64,000 nt of DNA. Origin: Candidatus Liptonbacteria bacterium. Lineage in GTDB: Bacteria; Patescibacteriota; Minisyncoccia; UBA6257; 2-01-FULL-56-20. Shown here piece by piece: positions 17,482 to 26,560 of this stretch. Every line of letters begins with the position of its first letter. The stretch's first letter is position 1. The position numbers and the translations under genes are program-made. Under the pieces are notes generated by a model. It saw only the letters and a list, made by a program, of their open reading frames with translations. It ran no database searches and was not told the DNA's origin. The DNA lies in the NCBI GenBank assembly GCA_016204335.1, contig JACQKU010000008.1, positions 10,913 through 74,912 on the forward strand. The letters are read 5' to 3'.

Positions 17482-18426
17482 ATGCCGGAACTACCCGAAA
17501 AACAAAATAATTCTGAAAGGGTTGAAAATCCGAAATTGGCGGAAGAAATGGCTTACATCGAAAAGCCGTATAGAGACGAGTCTTTTGAGCGAAAGGAGGA
17601 AACGCAGGCTCGCTACGATTTCATTCATTCGGATGCATATCGCGAGTATTTAAGAAAAATCCAGGAAGAACACCTAGAACGATTAAACTACCGCGCAAAT
17701 CACCTGGACGAAATAATTAAAGAAAGACTGGCAAGAGAGGAAGCATGGAAAAGAGAACGAGAAGTTTTGGAGAAGATGGATTTAGAAGAGCGTGGTAAGG
17801 AAATAGAGCGTTTCGGTAAAGAAGAAATGGAATTTGACGAGGAAAAAATTCAGGCGATAAAAGAGAGATATAAACGATTTTTAGAGAGATATTTGGCGTC
17901 GAGCGAACAAAGGCTAGATGAACTTTTTGAAGAAATGGTCAGAGGTCTTGATGAAGAGGAATTTAATGAAGATGAGCTTCGAGAAGCAAGGGAATATGCT
18001 GAAGGCCCAATTCCCACAGGGATAAAGAAAGCGGAAGATTATCAGCGTACTTATCTCAGGAGGGCCAAGCAGAAACCTCTATCCGAGCAAGAAGCCCTAA
18101 AAGAGGGCTCTTTGGTTCAAGAACAAGCCAGAGAACAGGTGGAATCTCTTCTTCCCTATGGCGAAATGATGACTCCGCTTGGTCCCAGAGAAGAATGGGG
18201 ATGGGAAGAGCTTACGCAATATAATGATGTAAGGAATTGGGTCAAGCAGCCGCTCGACGAGCATATTACTTCTGCAGACTATGATAAAGCACTTGAATAT
18301 ATCGAACGCTTGAAAGAAGTTAAACCTTCTGATTTGGTAACATGGCTTACTGCGAGATTGCAATTGAAGTCGCTCGAAATTAAGGCCTGGTTGCGGAATA
18401 AAAAAAAGGAAGCAGAAGGAACTTGA
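17482..18426 (+). CDS. Highly charged E/R/K-rich coiled-coil hypothetical protein
   Basis: 314 aa dominated by E, R and K with heptad-like periodicity. No known domain. Confidence 0.35.
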   Translation: MPELPEKQNNSERVENPKLAEEMAYIEKPYRDESFERKEETQARYDFIHSDAYREYLRKIQEEHLERLNYRANHLDEIIKERLAREEAWKREREVLEKMDLEERGKEIERFGKEEMEFDEEKIQAIKERYKRFLERYLASSEQRLDELFEEMVRGLDEEEFNEDELREAREYAEGPIPTGIKKAEDYQRTYLRRAKQKPLSEQEALKEGSLVQEQAREQVESLLPYGEMMTPLGPREEWGWEELTQYNDVRNWVKQPLDEHITSADYDKALEYIERLKEVKPSDLVTWLTARLQLKSLEIKAWLRNKKKEAEGT

Positions 18427-19149
18427 GTGGATATGAATATCGTAATTCCGTTAGCCGGCAAAGATCCGCGATATTTGGATTTGCCGAAACTTCTCACTGA
18501 TGTTCGCGGCAAACCTCTTCTCGCGTATGTTCTCGAACAGCTCCGCATTGAGCCGGAAGATAAATTGATTTTTGTCGTTCTACGGGAGTATGTCGAGAAA
18601 TTTTCCATCGATAAAATACTCAAGAGCGTTGCTGGAGAGAAAGCGATAATCCGGATTCTTCCGAATGTTACGGACGGCTCGCCGTGTTCGATTTTGGAAG
18701 CCGCGCGGGATTTGATTGATAACGAAACAGATCTTTTGGTTGAGCTCGGTGATGTGATCCGGGGACTCGATAATTTTTATGAAGATATAAAGACCCATCG
18801 GTCGGAGGTTTCGGGAATTATCCCGGTTGAGCGGCGCGATATGACGGGACGCCCTTTCGGTTATGTCAGGACTGATGAAAACGGTTTTACTGAAGCGCTT
18901 CTTGAAAAAGAACTAACCTACGTCGCTCCGTGGGCGACAATGGGACTCTATTATTTTTCTCATGGGAAGGACTTCGTCTGGGCCGCGGAGGAAATGATTA
19001 AGAATAAAAGTTTCGTTTATCATGATATGTTTTTCGTCGGGCCGGTGTATAATGAGCTTATCAAACGAGGCGACAAAGTTATCATTTCGAAAAATATCAT
19101 CGAGATGATGCTGGGGACTCCGGAAGAAGTCAGTGCGTTCGGAGCATAG
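18427..19149 (+). CDS. MobA/IspD/TarI-like sugar(-alcohol)-phosphate nucleotidyltransferase (paralog 1)
   Basis: N-terminal VIPLAGKDPRY (P-loop-like AAGxGxR variant). Paralog of 21005-21745 with shared GPVYNELI and LGTPEE blocks. Confidence 0.5.
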   Translation: MDMNIVIPLAGKDPRYLDLPKLLTDVRGKPLLAYVLEQLRIEPEDKLIFVVLREYVEKFSIDKILKSVAGEKAIIRILPNVTDGSPCSILEAARDLIDNETDLLVELGDVIRGLDNFYEDIKTHRSEVSGIIPVERRDMTGRPFGYVRTDENGFTEALLEKELTYVAPWATMGLYYFSHGKDFVWAAEEMIKNKSFVYHDMFFVGPVYNELIKRGDKVIISKNIIEMMLGTPEEVSAFGA

Positions 19150-19266
19150 AGTATTTCAATAAAAAGAAAAGCGGCGCCGAGTGTTGTTACCCTGGCGCCG
19201 TTGTTGCTGATTGAGCGAGTGCCGTCTCTTGATGGCGGCGAGCCTCGCTGGTTCGGTGGGAAGCGG

Positions 19267-19902
19267 TCAGAACCGCGCTTCATGAATCACCTCCTGGCAG
19301 GAGAATCCTGTGCCAACTCGTCCTACGTGGACGCGGTCCACATGAAACTTTTCGGGCTTCGCCTTAAGTCCGCGCAAGCCCTCCTCGAACTTTTCTTCTT
19401 CATCCTCCCATCGGAAAGTTCCGAGCGTGAGGTGCGGAACGAAGTTGACTTGGGTCATCGGGGTTCCGTACGACCTGAAGCCGTTCCGCATGCCCGGGGT
19501 CATCTTTCCCCAGCGAGTCCTGATCTCTTCTCGCCTAGCCTCGTCGAAGAAATGGCGCAGTGCTTTGATGACCAGGAGATGGAGATCGGATAGCCACTTC
19601 GGTTTGTCGGTGGTAAGGAAAACAGCTCGATGGATCCGTCGCACGGAAACACCAGTGAGTCGGAGATCTCCGCCACGGAAGCCACATACCACGTCGTCGA
19701 GTGCGCCGGTGAACTCCCTGAACTTCTCCGGGCGCACAGGCAAGTGATACAGCGAGAGGTGCGGTAAGAACTCCTCCGCGCCGAGTTTCCATGGCGAGCC
19801 GTTTTCGTGAAGCCAGGCACTCAGCTTGATCGCCTGTCGCTGAATCGGTTCCGGCGGCAGGATGATGATGTCGTAGAAGCCGGGCCAAATCTCGGCCATC
19901 AC
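19267..19902 (-). CDS. 2H phosphoesterase superfamily protein (LigT/2'-5' RNA ligase-like)
   Basis: Two H-x-[ST]-x motifs (PHLSLYHL and PHLTLGTF) at the expected spacing. Gene lies in a clearly GC-richer segment (about 19190-19910). Confidence 0.55.
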   Translation of the reverse strand: MMAEIWPGFYDIIILPPEPIQRQAIKLSAWLHENGSPWKLGAEEFLPHLSLYHLPVRPEKFREFTGALDDVVCGFRGGDLRLTGVSVRRIHRAVFLTTDKPKWLSDLHLLVIKALRHFFDEARREEIRTRWGKMTPGMRNGFRSYGTPMTQVNFVPHLTLGTFRWEDEEEKFEEGLRGLKAKPEKFHVDRVHVGRVGTGFSCQEVIHEARF

Positions 19903-20149
19903 GCACTCCTTTTCTTAATTCGCAGGATTCACTGCGTTATTCGTATTTTCAAGCGTTGATCCGGGCCAATCCCGAACCAGCGCGAAAGTTGTTGAACTTC
20001 CGATGCTACCGTAAGTAAAGCATAAAACTTACAAAAAAGTCAAGTTTTTTTGTTTACTATGATAACTTACGATCGTAAGATATAATAGTAGATACAAGCG
20101 TTGCAGTAGCTGCGGTAGCGGTTGATTTCTGGATATCCATCATGTCATA

Positions 20150-20926
20150 ATGGTTGCTATGGAAATCTTCGCCCATCGCGGACTTCTCGACGAATATCCC
20201 CAAAACAGTTTGCCGGCAATGCGAGAGAGTTTTCGGCGCGGGTTCGGCATTGAAACCGATTTGCGGCTCACAAAAGACAATGATTTTTTGATTATTCATG
20301 ATGATACGTTTTTGAAGGATGCGAATGTGCGCCGCCGGGTTCTGGATGCGACGCTTGCCGAAGCGGAGGCGATTACCTATTTGCATTCGAACGAGCATCT
20401 GATATCACTTAGGACGTTTTTGGAAATGGCAGCGAAAGAAAACAAAAGTAACCAGATGGCGCTCCAACTCAAGAACACGAGCCAGAACGAAACGGGACTT
20501 CAGCTCCTCGCGCGGTATTGGGAAGAGTTCAATCTCTATGACACCGCGTTTACGTTTGACCTTACCAAAGAAGCCGCAACCCGGCTCAAAGAAATAGACC
20601 CGAATATAAAAATCGCACTCATTGTTTCCGAATTCAAATTCGAGCCAACCATTTATTTGTGGGAAGAAGTGAAAAATTTCAAGCCGATGGATATCGTGTG
20701 GGCCGCCGAATATGTGAAGTTCTACAGCAAAGAATTTTTTGATGTGGCAAAAGCAAGCGGGAGGATTGTGTATGCGATGTCGCCGGATGTGCACTGGATT
20801 TTGGGTCACCCCCTGGCTTACGAGGGATATGAGAAGGTTTGGGAAAATCTTATTGCCTGGGGCGCTGAAGGAATCTGTACGGATTATCCGGAAAAGCTCA
20901 AAAAGCGATTAAGTCAAAAACAGTAA
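20150..20926 (+). CDS. Glycerophosphodiester phosphodiesterase (GDPD) family
   Basis: EIFAHRG...ENSLPAMRESFRRGFGIETDLRLTKDNDFLIIHDDT matches the GDPD catalytic N-terminus. Confidence 0.75.
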   Translation: MVAMEIFAHRGLLDEYPQNSLPAMRESFRRGFGIETDLRLTKDNDFLIIHDDTFLKDANVRRRVLDATLAEAEAITYLHSNEHLISLRTFLEMAAKENKSNQMALQLKNTSQNETGLQLLARYWEEFNLYDTAFTFDLTKEAATRLKEIDPNIKIALIVSEFKFEPTIYLWEEVKNFKPMDIVWAAEYVKFYSKEFFDVAKASGRIVYAMSPDVHWILGHPLAYEGYEKVWENLIAWGAEGICTDYPEKLKKRLSQKQ

Positions 20927-20950
20927 AATAGCTACGAAATACGAAACAAT

Positions 20951-20976
20951 ACGAATATACGAATTCGTATATTCGT
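20951..20976. promoter_or_regulatory. Perfect 26-bp AT-rich palindrome ACGAATATACGAATTCGTATATTCGT nested in a 67-nt imperfect palindrome (20930-20996) between the GDPD gene and the nucleotidyltransferase paralog
   Basis: Read directly. Outer arms are GCTACGAA / TTCGTAGC. Confidence 0.55.
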
Positions 20977-21004
20977 AAAAATTCGTAATTCGTAGCCCAG
21001 TATC

Positions 21005-21745
21005 ATGAAGATTGTTATGCCAATGGCGGGACGGGGCTCGCGGTTCACAAAAATCGGGGTCACGACGCCGAAGCCGCTCATCGAGGTCTTGGGAAAGACG
21101 ATGGTGCAGTGGTCTATTGAAGGGATGAGGCACACGCGCCCTGAAATCAAAGACAGCGATTTTGTGTTTATCTGCCACGCGGACCACGAGCGGGATTACG
21201 GCATCAGCGCCCGGCTTCAACGTATTGCGCCCGGCGCAACAGTGCTTTTCACGCCGGTCGTGACCGAAGGCGCGGCGTGCACCGTGCTCCTTGCCAAAAG
21301 GTACATCGATGACGAAGAAGATATGCTGATGGTCGACTCCGACCATTTTGTGGTGTGCCCGGAATTCAGAAAACACCGCGAGCTCGCAATAAAAAATGAC
21401 TGGGGCGGCTTAATTCCCACATTCGAGAGAACGGCCCCGAACTATTCCTACGCGAGGATTGACGAACAAGGCAATGTGGTTGAAACCCGCGAGAAACAGG
21501 TCATTTCAACCCACGCCGCAGTAATGTATTACTTCACGAAATGGAAGTATTTCGTGTCCGCAGCGGAAGCGATGATTCAAAAAAATATCCGCTACAACAA
21601 TGAATTTTATATGTGTCCGGTATACAACGAGGTTATCGCGCAGGGTCATATAGTGCGAACCATTCCGGTCGAACTTGCCATGCATCTTGGCACGCCGGAA
21701 GAATTGCAGTACTTTATCGAACACGTGCCGGAAAAATATCGGTAG
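21005..21745 (+). CDS. MobA/IspD/TarI-like nucleotidyltransferase (paralog 2)
   Basis: MKIVMPMAGRGSRF N-terminus; shares CPVYNEVI and LGTPEE blocks with 18427-19149. Confidence 0.55.
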   Translation: MKIVMPMAGRGSRFTKIGVTTPKPLIEVLGKTMVQWSIEGMRHTRPEIKDSDFVFICHADHERDYGISARLQRIAPGATVLFTPVVTEGAACTVLLAKRYIDDEEDMLMVDSDHFVVCPEFRKHRELAIKNDWGGLIPTFERTAPNYSYARIDEQGNVVETREKQVISTHAAVMYYFTKWKYFVSAAEAMIQKNIRYNNEFYMCPVYNEVIAQGHIVRTIPVELAMHLGTPEELQYFIEHVPEKYR

Positions 21746-21780
21746 TTGCGAAAAAAACATAAATCGCATAGCATACGCGC

Positions 21781-22638
21781 ATGCGATTAGGCAGATTGAT
21801 TCTCACCCATCGGGAGAAATACGTCGGCCGGCTCAAAGAGTTTTATCTTGACAGCGGCCGCACGGAATTTTTAGTGGTTGCGTATAATAAAAAAACCGTC
21901 GATCCCTCCAAGCTCAAAGCGACTGATTCATTCAAATTGGCGCCTTACTGCGTAGGCGAGGAATGCAGCGCGACAGGCCAGCAGTATCGCGTCTGGGTGG
22001 ATGTCGTGCGGCAATTTCCGGAAATCGAGGGCTGGGTGGTGCATGATTACGATTTTGTCTGCCGCGTGCCCGACGAGGAAATTTTTTCCCATATCGGCGC
22101 GGGCGAGTACGCGATGGTCGGGAAAGCGTTTCCCATCTGGCAGGAGGGAATGAAAGAAGCGGGAGTTGACACGTATCCTTTTGCGCAAGACCATCAGCAT
22201 TGGCACAACGATAATCCTCCGAATCCCATACGGCTAAAGGTGGACGAGATACTTTTCCGCTCGTTCCCTTATTTTTTTCAAAACATTAAAACGTTCTTCG
22301 GTGGGTACAGCGATTTTATCGCTACGACGAGCGGGAATTTTTTATTACTTGACGACCCGGCAATCAGGGAATTGGAGCGCGGCGGAATTGAACAGGTGCC
22401 ACACAGCATCTGGGCCGCCAAAGGAGTTAAGCCCGTTGATATGCGTCCGTGGTACACGATGAAAGTGCTTTTGGACGTAATGTACGTTCCCATGGATGAG
22501 CGCTACCAGATGATTCACCCCGCGAAAGTTTGGGAAGGAGAACCCGTGTCGTTCAAAGACCGCCTCAGGAATTCAAAACGGAAATTCAAAAATTTCGTTA
22601 AATGGCTCATAGGATATCAGGGCTGGAAACGGATATAA
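21781..22638 (+). CDS. Hypothetical protein (285 aa) conserved within the glycan locus
   Basis: Long ORF in a coding-dense operon. No family recognised. Confidence 0.35.
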   Translation: MRLGRLILTHREKYVGRLKEFYLDSGRTEFLVVAYNKKTVDPSKLKATDSFKLAPYCVGEECSATGQQYRVWVDVVRQFPEIEGWVVHDYDFVCRVPDEEIFSHIGAGEYAMVGKAFPIWQEGMKEAGVDTYPFAQDHQHWHNDNPPNPIRLKVDEILFRSFPYFFQNIKTFFGGYSDFIATTSGNFLLLDDPAIRELERGGIEQVPHSIWAAKGVKPVDMRPWYTMKVLLDVMYVPMDERYQMIHPAKVWEGEPVSFKDRLRNSKRKFKNFVKWLIGYQGWKRI

Positions 22639-22665
22639 CGGCAAATAAATTTACCCATTCTTTTT

Positions 22666-23832
22666 ATGAAGCATACAGAGCGTCTCGACACACTGCTGAA
22701 TACGCGGCGATGCACCCTGCTTGGCGTTGGGCCAATGAGCAAGAATTGCGTGGATGCCGCGATTGAACTTGCGAACGACGTAAGCGCCCCCATTATCCTT
22801 ATCGCTACCCGCCGGCAGATTGAAACGGCGGAATCAGGAGGCGGTTACGTCAATAACTGGACGACAGAAGCCTTCGCGAAATACGTGCGCGAACGCGACC
22901 TGCGCGGGAATGTTGTATTGGCGCGCGACCACGGCGGCCCGTGGCAGAATTACCTCGAGGTTAAACAGCGCATGAACTTGAAAGACGCGATGGAATCCTC
23001 CAAGCGCTCGTATCTCGCCGACATTCAAGCCGGCTTCGATATGATTCACATCGACCCCTCGATTGATATATATAAAAAACCTTCGTTCGAGGAAGTCCTC
23101 GAACGGCTTTTTGAACTGTATATTTTTTGCGTCGAAAAAGCCCGCGCGCTGGGGCGCGACGTTTTTTTTGAGTTTGGCACCGATGAACAGAGCGAGGGGT
23201 TGCACGATGCCGAAGAACTTGAAGCGCTTACCGAAGAAATAATAAATTTTTGCGAAAAAAACCGCCTGCCCAAGCCGTATTTTGTAGTCGCGCAAACGGG
23301 AACGAAAGTCAAGGAAACGACAAACGTCGGCATTCTGGCAAAGCCCGAGGAATCCCGCCAGGCAAAAGCGCATTTAAAGAAACTCGTGGAAATTTGCAAC
23401 CGCTACGGCGTCCGCCTCAAAGAGCATAACGCCGATTATCTCTCGGACGAAGTTCTGCGTTGGCATCCCGAAGCTGGAATTCACGCCATTAACGTCGCGC
23501 CGGAGTTCGGAGTGGTTGAGACGAGGCACATTCTGAGTATTTGCAAAGACCTGAACCTCGGCGAAGAACGAGACCGGTTCCTGGCTTTGGCTCATGCGTC
23601 AAACAAATGGGACAAATGGCTGCTTTCTGATACGAAAACAACCGATTATGACAGAGCTGTCATTGCGGGACATTATGTTTTTTCCGCGCCGGAGTTCGAG
23701 AAAATAAAAGCGCGAATCGCCGCGGCGTGCCGCGCGCGCGGTTTTGACCTTGACGAGAGCATCAAACAGGCGTTAAAGTCAGCCATTATGCGTTATTCGC
23801 GCAATTTAAATTTACACGATGACCATCGTTGA
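22666..23832 (+). CDS. GatZ/KbaZ-like protein (tagatose-bisphosphate aldolase accessory subunit / tagatose-6-P kinase family)
   Basis: LLGVGPMS...IILIATRRQIETAESGGGYVNNWTTEAFAKYV...LARDHGGPWQN parallels the GatZ IEATSNQV..GGYTGMTP...GGDHLGPNxWQ blocks. Confidence 0.5.
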   Translation: MKHTERLDTLLNTRRCTLLGVGPMSKNCVDAAIELANDVSAPIILIATRRQIETAESGGGYVNNWTTEAFAKYVRERDLRGNVVLARDHGGPWQNYLEVKQRMNLKDAMESSKRSYLADIQAGFDMIHIDPSIDIYKKPSFEEVLERLFELYIFCVEKARALGRDVFFEFGTDEQSEGLHDAEELEALTEEIINFCEKNRLPKPYFVVAQTGTKVKETTNVGILAKPEESRQAKAHLKKLVEICNRYGVRLKEHNADYLSDEVLRWHPEAGIHAINVAPEFGVVETRHILSICKDLNLGEERDRFLALAHASNKWDKWLLSDTKTTDYDRAVIAGHYVFSAPEFEKIKARIAAACRARGFDLDESIKQALKSAIMRYSRNLNLHDDHR

Positions 23833-24298
23833 GTATCTACATTCATTATTCGGCGGCGAGGAAACCGGAACGCCGAAAGACGCGCAGCCCGGTTTTCTCG
23901 TGAGAAGTTTTTCCAACATAAAAAAAGTGACGAAGCCATGGGGGTTTGAGCTGTGGCTTTCGGATGCCACGGAAACGCCGTACGCGTTGAAAATTATCTA
24001 TATAAAAAAAGGGACCAAGACGAGTTTGCAGGTTCATAGAAAGAAGGCGGAGCATAATACTATTTTTTTCGGCAAAGCGCGATTTTATTATGAGAACGCG
24101 GACAAAGAGCTGAAGACCGTTGATATGGGTCCGGGCCATGTAATCACGATTTTACCCAATACCGTGCATCGCCTTGAGGCGCTCACGGACCTGGTTCTTT
24201 TCGAGGGGTCAACCGGCGAGCTTGACGACGTGATACGCCTTGCCGATGATTACCAAAGACCGGACGGAAAAATTTTATCTGAACATGATGGGGCGTAA
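23819..24298 (+). CDS. Cupin-domain protein, mannose-6-phosphate isomerase type II C-terminal-like
   Basis: KPWGFELWL...KIIYIKKGTKTSLQVHRKKAEH...TVHRL and a DDVIRLADDYQR tail match the PMI-II/ManC cupin. Confidence 0.65.
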   Translation: MTIVEYLHSLFGGEETGTPKDAQPGFLVRSFSNIKKVTKPWGFELWLSDATETPYALKIIYIKKGTKTSLQVHRKKAEHNTIFFGKARFYYENADKELKTVDMGPGHVITILPNTVHRLEALTDLVLFEGSTGELDDVIRLADDYQRPDGKILSEHDGA

Positions 24299-24318
24299 GA
24301 CCTGTTTTTTTCTTTCGG

Positions 24319-24336
24319 GCATGCCCCGTAGGAAAT
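24319..24336. repeat. Motif D copy (GCATGCCCCGTAGGAAAT), left arm of an inverted pair with 24601-24618
   Basis: Reverse complement of ATTTCCTACGGGGCATGC. See findings. Confidence 0.5.
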
Positions 24337-24437
24337 GGCGAGAAAATATGAAAATATTTTCGAGACAAAACCAAGTATTCCATACTACGAAATATCTGCT
24401 TGCTATAACCTGTGAATTACGAAACTCCTCTGCAACC

Positions 24438-24537
24438 GTCATTGCGAGGACCGCGAGCGAAGCATGGCGGGACGAAGCAATCCAGTAAACGATATGTAAG
24501 AACTGGATTGCCGCGCCCCTTTGGGGCTCGCAATGAC
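24438..24537. repeat. Palindromic element family A copy 1 (TIR GTCATTGCGAG...CTCGCAATGAC), nested inside a longer IR GAATTACGAAAC / GTTTCGTAATTC (24411-24561)
   Basis: 11-nt perfect termini plus internal GCAATCCAG...CTGGATTGC palindrome. Confidence 0.6.
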
Positions 24538-24600
24538 GACAAAAAAGTGTTTCGTAATTCAAAGTATAAAGTCCAAGCAAAAGGCAACGGAAAATATTTA

Positions 24601-24618
24601 ATTTCCTACGGGGTATGC
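24601..24618. repeat. Motif D copy ATTTCCTACGGGGTATGC; its ATG (24615) is the start codon of the Fcl-like gene
   Basis: Sequence read directly. The ORF begins ATGCTCGAT (MLDLKNKKILVAGG). Confidence 0.55.
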
Positions 24619-25559
24619 TCGATTTAAAAAATAAAAAAATACTCGTTGCGGGCGGCAGCGGATTTATGGGTTCTCATGTGGTAGCCGCGCTGAAGTCGCG
24701 CGGAGTTTCGGATGAAAAGATCGTTGCGCCAAATTCGGCGGAGTGCGATTTGCGGGTTTTCGCGGATTGCCAAAAAGCCGTCAAGGGAATAGACGTGGTA
24801 TTCGACTGCGCGGCAGTGCCGGGAGACATCCTGATGCGGGAGAAAATTCCCGGCCAGCTCTTTTATGAAAATCTTTTAATGGGAATCCAGCTTCTTGAGG
24901 CGGCGCGGCAGGAAGGAGTCGGGAAAGCCGTGGTGATCGGAAGCGCTACGGAATACCCGGCGGATGCGCCGACACCGTTGAACGAAGAATCTCTTTGGAA
25001 CGGACTTCCGTCGTCGGGCAATATTCCATACGGCATGTCGAAACGCATCGTGGGAATTCAAGGGGCGATGTACCGCCGCGAGTCCGGATTCAACGCCATT
25101 CATCTCCTTCTCACGAATTCCTACGGGCCGGGCGAGAAATTCGAGAGCGGTTATATGGTTCCCTCGCTCATACAAAAAATCATGAATGCGAAAGCGCGCG
25201 GAGAACAAGAAATCGAAGTATGGGGAACCGGACAGGCGCTCCGCGATCTCATGTACGTCGAAGATGCGGCGGAAGGAATCGTCCGCGCCGCGGAACGGTA
25301 TGACGATGCGGCGCCGCTCAACATCGGCTCCGGCGCCGGAATTTCGGTGAAAGATTTGGTAATGCTCCTCTCGAAACTTATCGGATTCGAAGGAACGATT
25401 CGCTGGGATACGACAAAACCGGAAGGCGACTTGAAGCGGCTCTTGGATGTAAGCCGCGCCGAACGCACGATCGGATTCAAAACGAAAACTCCGCTCGAGG
25501 AAGGGCTGAAAAAAACGATTGAGTGGCATAGGGAACAATCTTCCGTTACCCAAGTATAA
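24615..25559 (+). CDS. Fcl-family NAD(P)-dependent GDP-6-deoxy-4-keto-hexose epimerase/reductase (paralog 2)
   Basis: [59 protein letters not shown]. Confidence 0.75.
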   Translation: MLDLKNKKILVAGGSGFMGSHVVAALKSRGVSDEKIVAPNSAECDLRVFADCQKAVKGIDVVFDCAAVPGDILMREKIPGQLFYENLLMGIQLLEAARQEGVGKAVVIGSATEYPADAPTPLNEESLWNGLPSSGNIPYGMSKRIVGIQGAMYRRESGFNAIHLLLTNSYGPGEKFESGYMVPSLIQKIMNAKARGEQEIEVWGTGQALRDLMYVEDAAEGIVRAAERYDDAAPLNIGSGAGISVKDLVMLLSKLIGFEGTIRWDTTKPEGDLKRLLDVSRAERTIGFKTKTPLEEGLKKTIEWHREQSSVTQV

Positions 25560-26427
25560 ACCGATGGTGGAATCTCTTGAACCTACAAACGAACCGTTCA
25601 ACCCGGATGAGCTGTATAGAAAAGCGCTCGCGGATCACACCGACTACGGAAATTTGCCCGAGAGCGAAATTAAGGCCTTGATTACCGAAATTGCACAGGA
25701 GATAAAGCAACTCGAAGAGGTTGGCGAAAAAGAAAAAGCGAGAATTGAGATGCCCGCGGAAACGGCGAAGAAAATCGGCGCGATCTGGGTGAACTCCGGA
25801 GTGGGAACCTACGATACGCCTCTTAAAGAAAAAGAGCGGGGTGTGTATAAAAATCTTCCCTGGATTCAGTGGGCAGACCGGCAACGGTTGAATCACGCGG
25901 CGATTCTTGCGCGGAAAGTGGCGGAAGCAAGAAGCGGAGAAAATTTTGACAGGGGCTCTCTTGCGAGCATCAAAGAGCGGAAAGCAAAAATCAAAGAGAT
26001 GATTGGGAGGTACGGCCCCAAAATCATCTATAACGGCACGGAACTTGAAGACGATACCGTTGCTGACGTGCTTTCGCGGGAAGGAACTATTATTCCGGAA
26101 GATGATGTAATTATCATACGAGGTTCTGTCGAACGTCCAATTATCAACACGCTTGATACCGTAAAAACGCTCAAACTGCCTCCCGAGTTCAGAGATGACC
26201 AGGAGCTCGCAATTGTCGCTCATGCTCCCCATCTTGCGCGAATCATGCGTATGCTCAACAAACAACCGCCGTTCCCGAGAACCACAAAGGTAAGATTGTT
26301 TCCCGTGCCTACGCCCGAAGCAGGGAAAAAAGAATACGCCGAGCTCGAAATACTCGGAATTCTGAATTATGTATTGCGGCGAGGAGTCGCGGAGAAGGAG
26401 TCGTATCCTTATGTCATGAACGAGTAA
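25519..26427 (+). CDS. Hypothetical protein (possibly DUF218/YdcF-like C-terminal region)
   Basis: ORF with an ELAIVAHAPHLARIMRML segment reminiscent of DUF218. The start may be the downstream Met at 25564. Confidence 0.35.
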   Translation: MSGIGNNLPLPKYKPMVESLEPTNEPFNPDELYRKALADHTDYGNLPESEIKALITEIAQEIKQLEEVGEKEKARIEMPAETAKKIGAIWVNSGVGTYDTPLKEKERGVYKNLPWIQWADRQRLNHAAILARKVAEARSGENFDRGSLASIKERKAKIKEMIGRYGPKIIYNGTELEDDTVADVLSREGTIIPEDDVIIIRGSVERPIINTLDTVKTLKLPPEFRDDQELAIVAHAPHLARIMRMLNKQPPFPRTTKVRLFPVPTPEAGKKEYAELEILGILNYVLRRGVAEKESYPYVMNE

Positions 26428-26455
26428 TTTTTTTCCCAAGCTTTATCCGGTTAGC

Positions 26456-26560
26456 CAGGTAGTGAAAATTCGACTTGCAGGGTAGCGAAGCCAAGCTCTA
26501 CCACCCTGCTTGTCGCCAACTGCGGCAGATAAGTCTTTCAGTCGAATTTCTACTACCTGG
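26456..26560. repeat. Palindromic element family B copy 3 (CCAGGTAGTGAAAATTCGAC...GTCGAATTTCTACTACCTGG)
   Basis: 20-nt near-perfect inverted termini. Intergenic. Followed by a partial motif-C-like palindrome at about 26636-26690. Confidence 0.5.

Noticed and set aside
24275-24580. 101-aa minus-strand ORF spanning the motif D / family A repeat region
   Set aside because: It is composed largely of repeat-element sequence (palindromes read through in frame). No coding signal beyond the absence of stops.
25546-26439. 297-aa minus-strand ORF
   Set aside because: It overlaps a same-length plus-strand ORF within a plus-strand operon and has no recognisable motifs. Likely antisense noise, although neither strand is confidently assigned.
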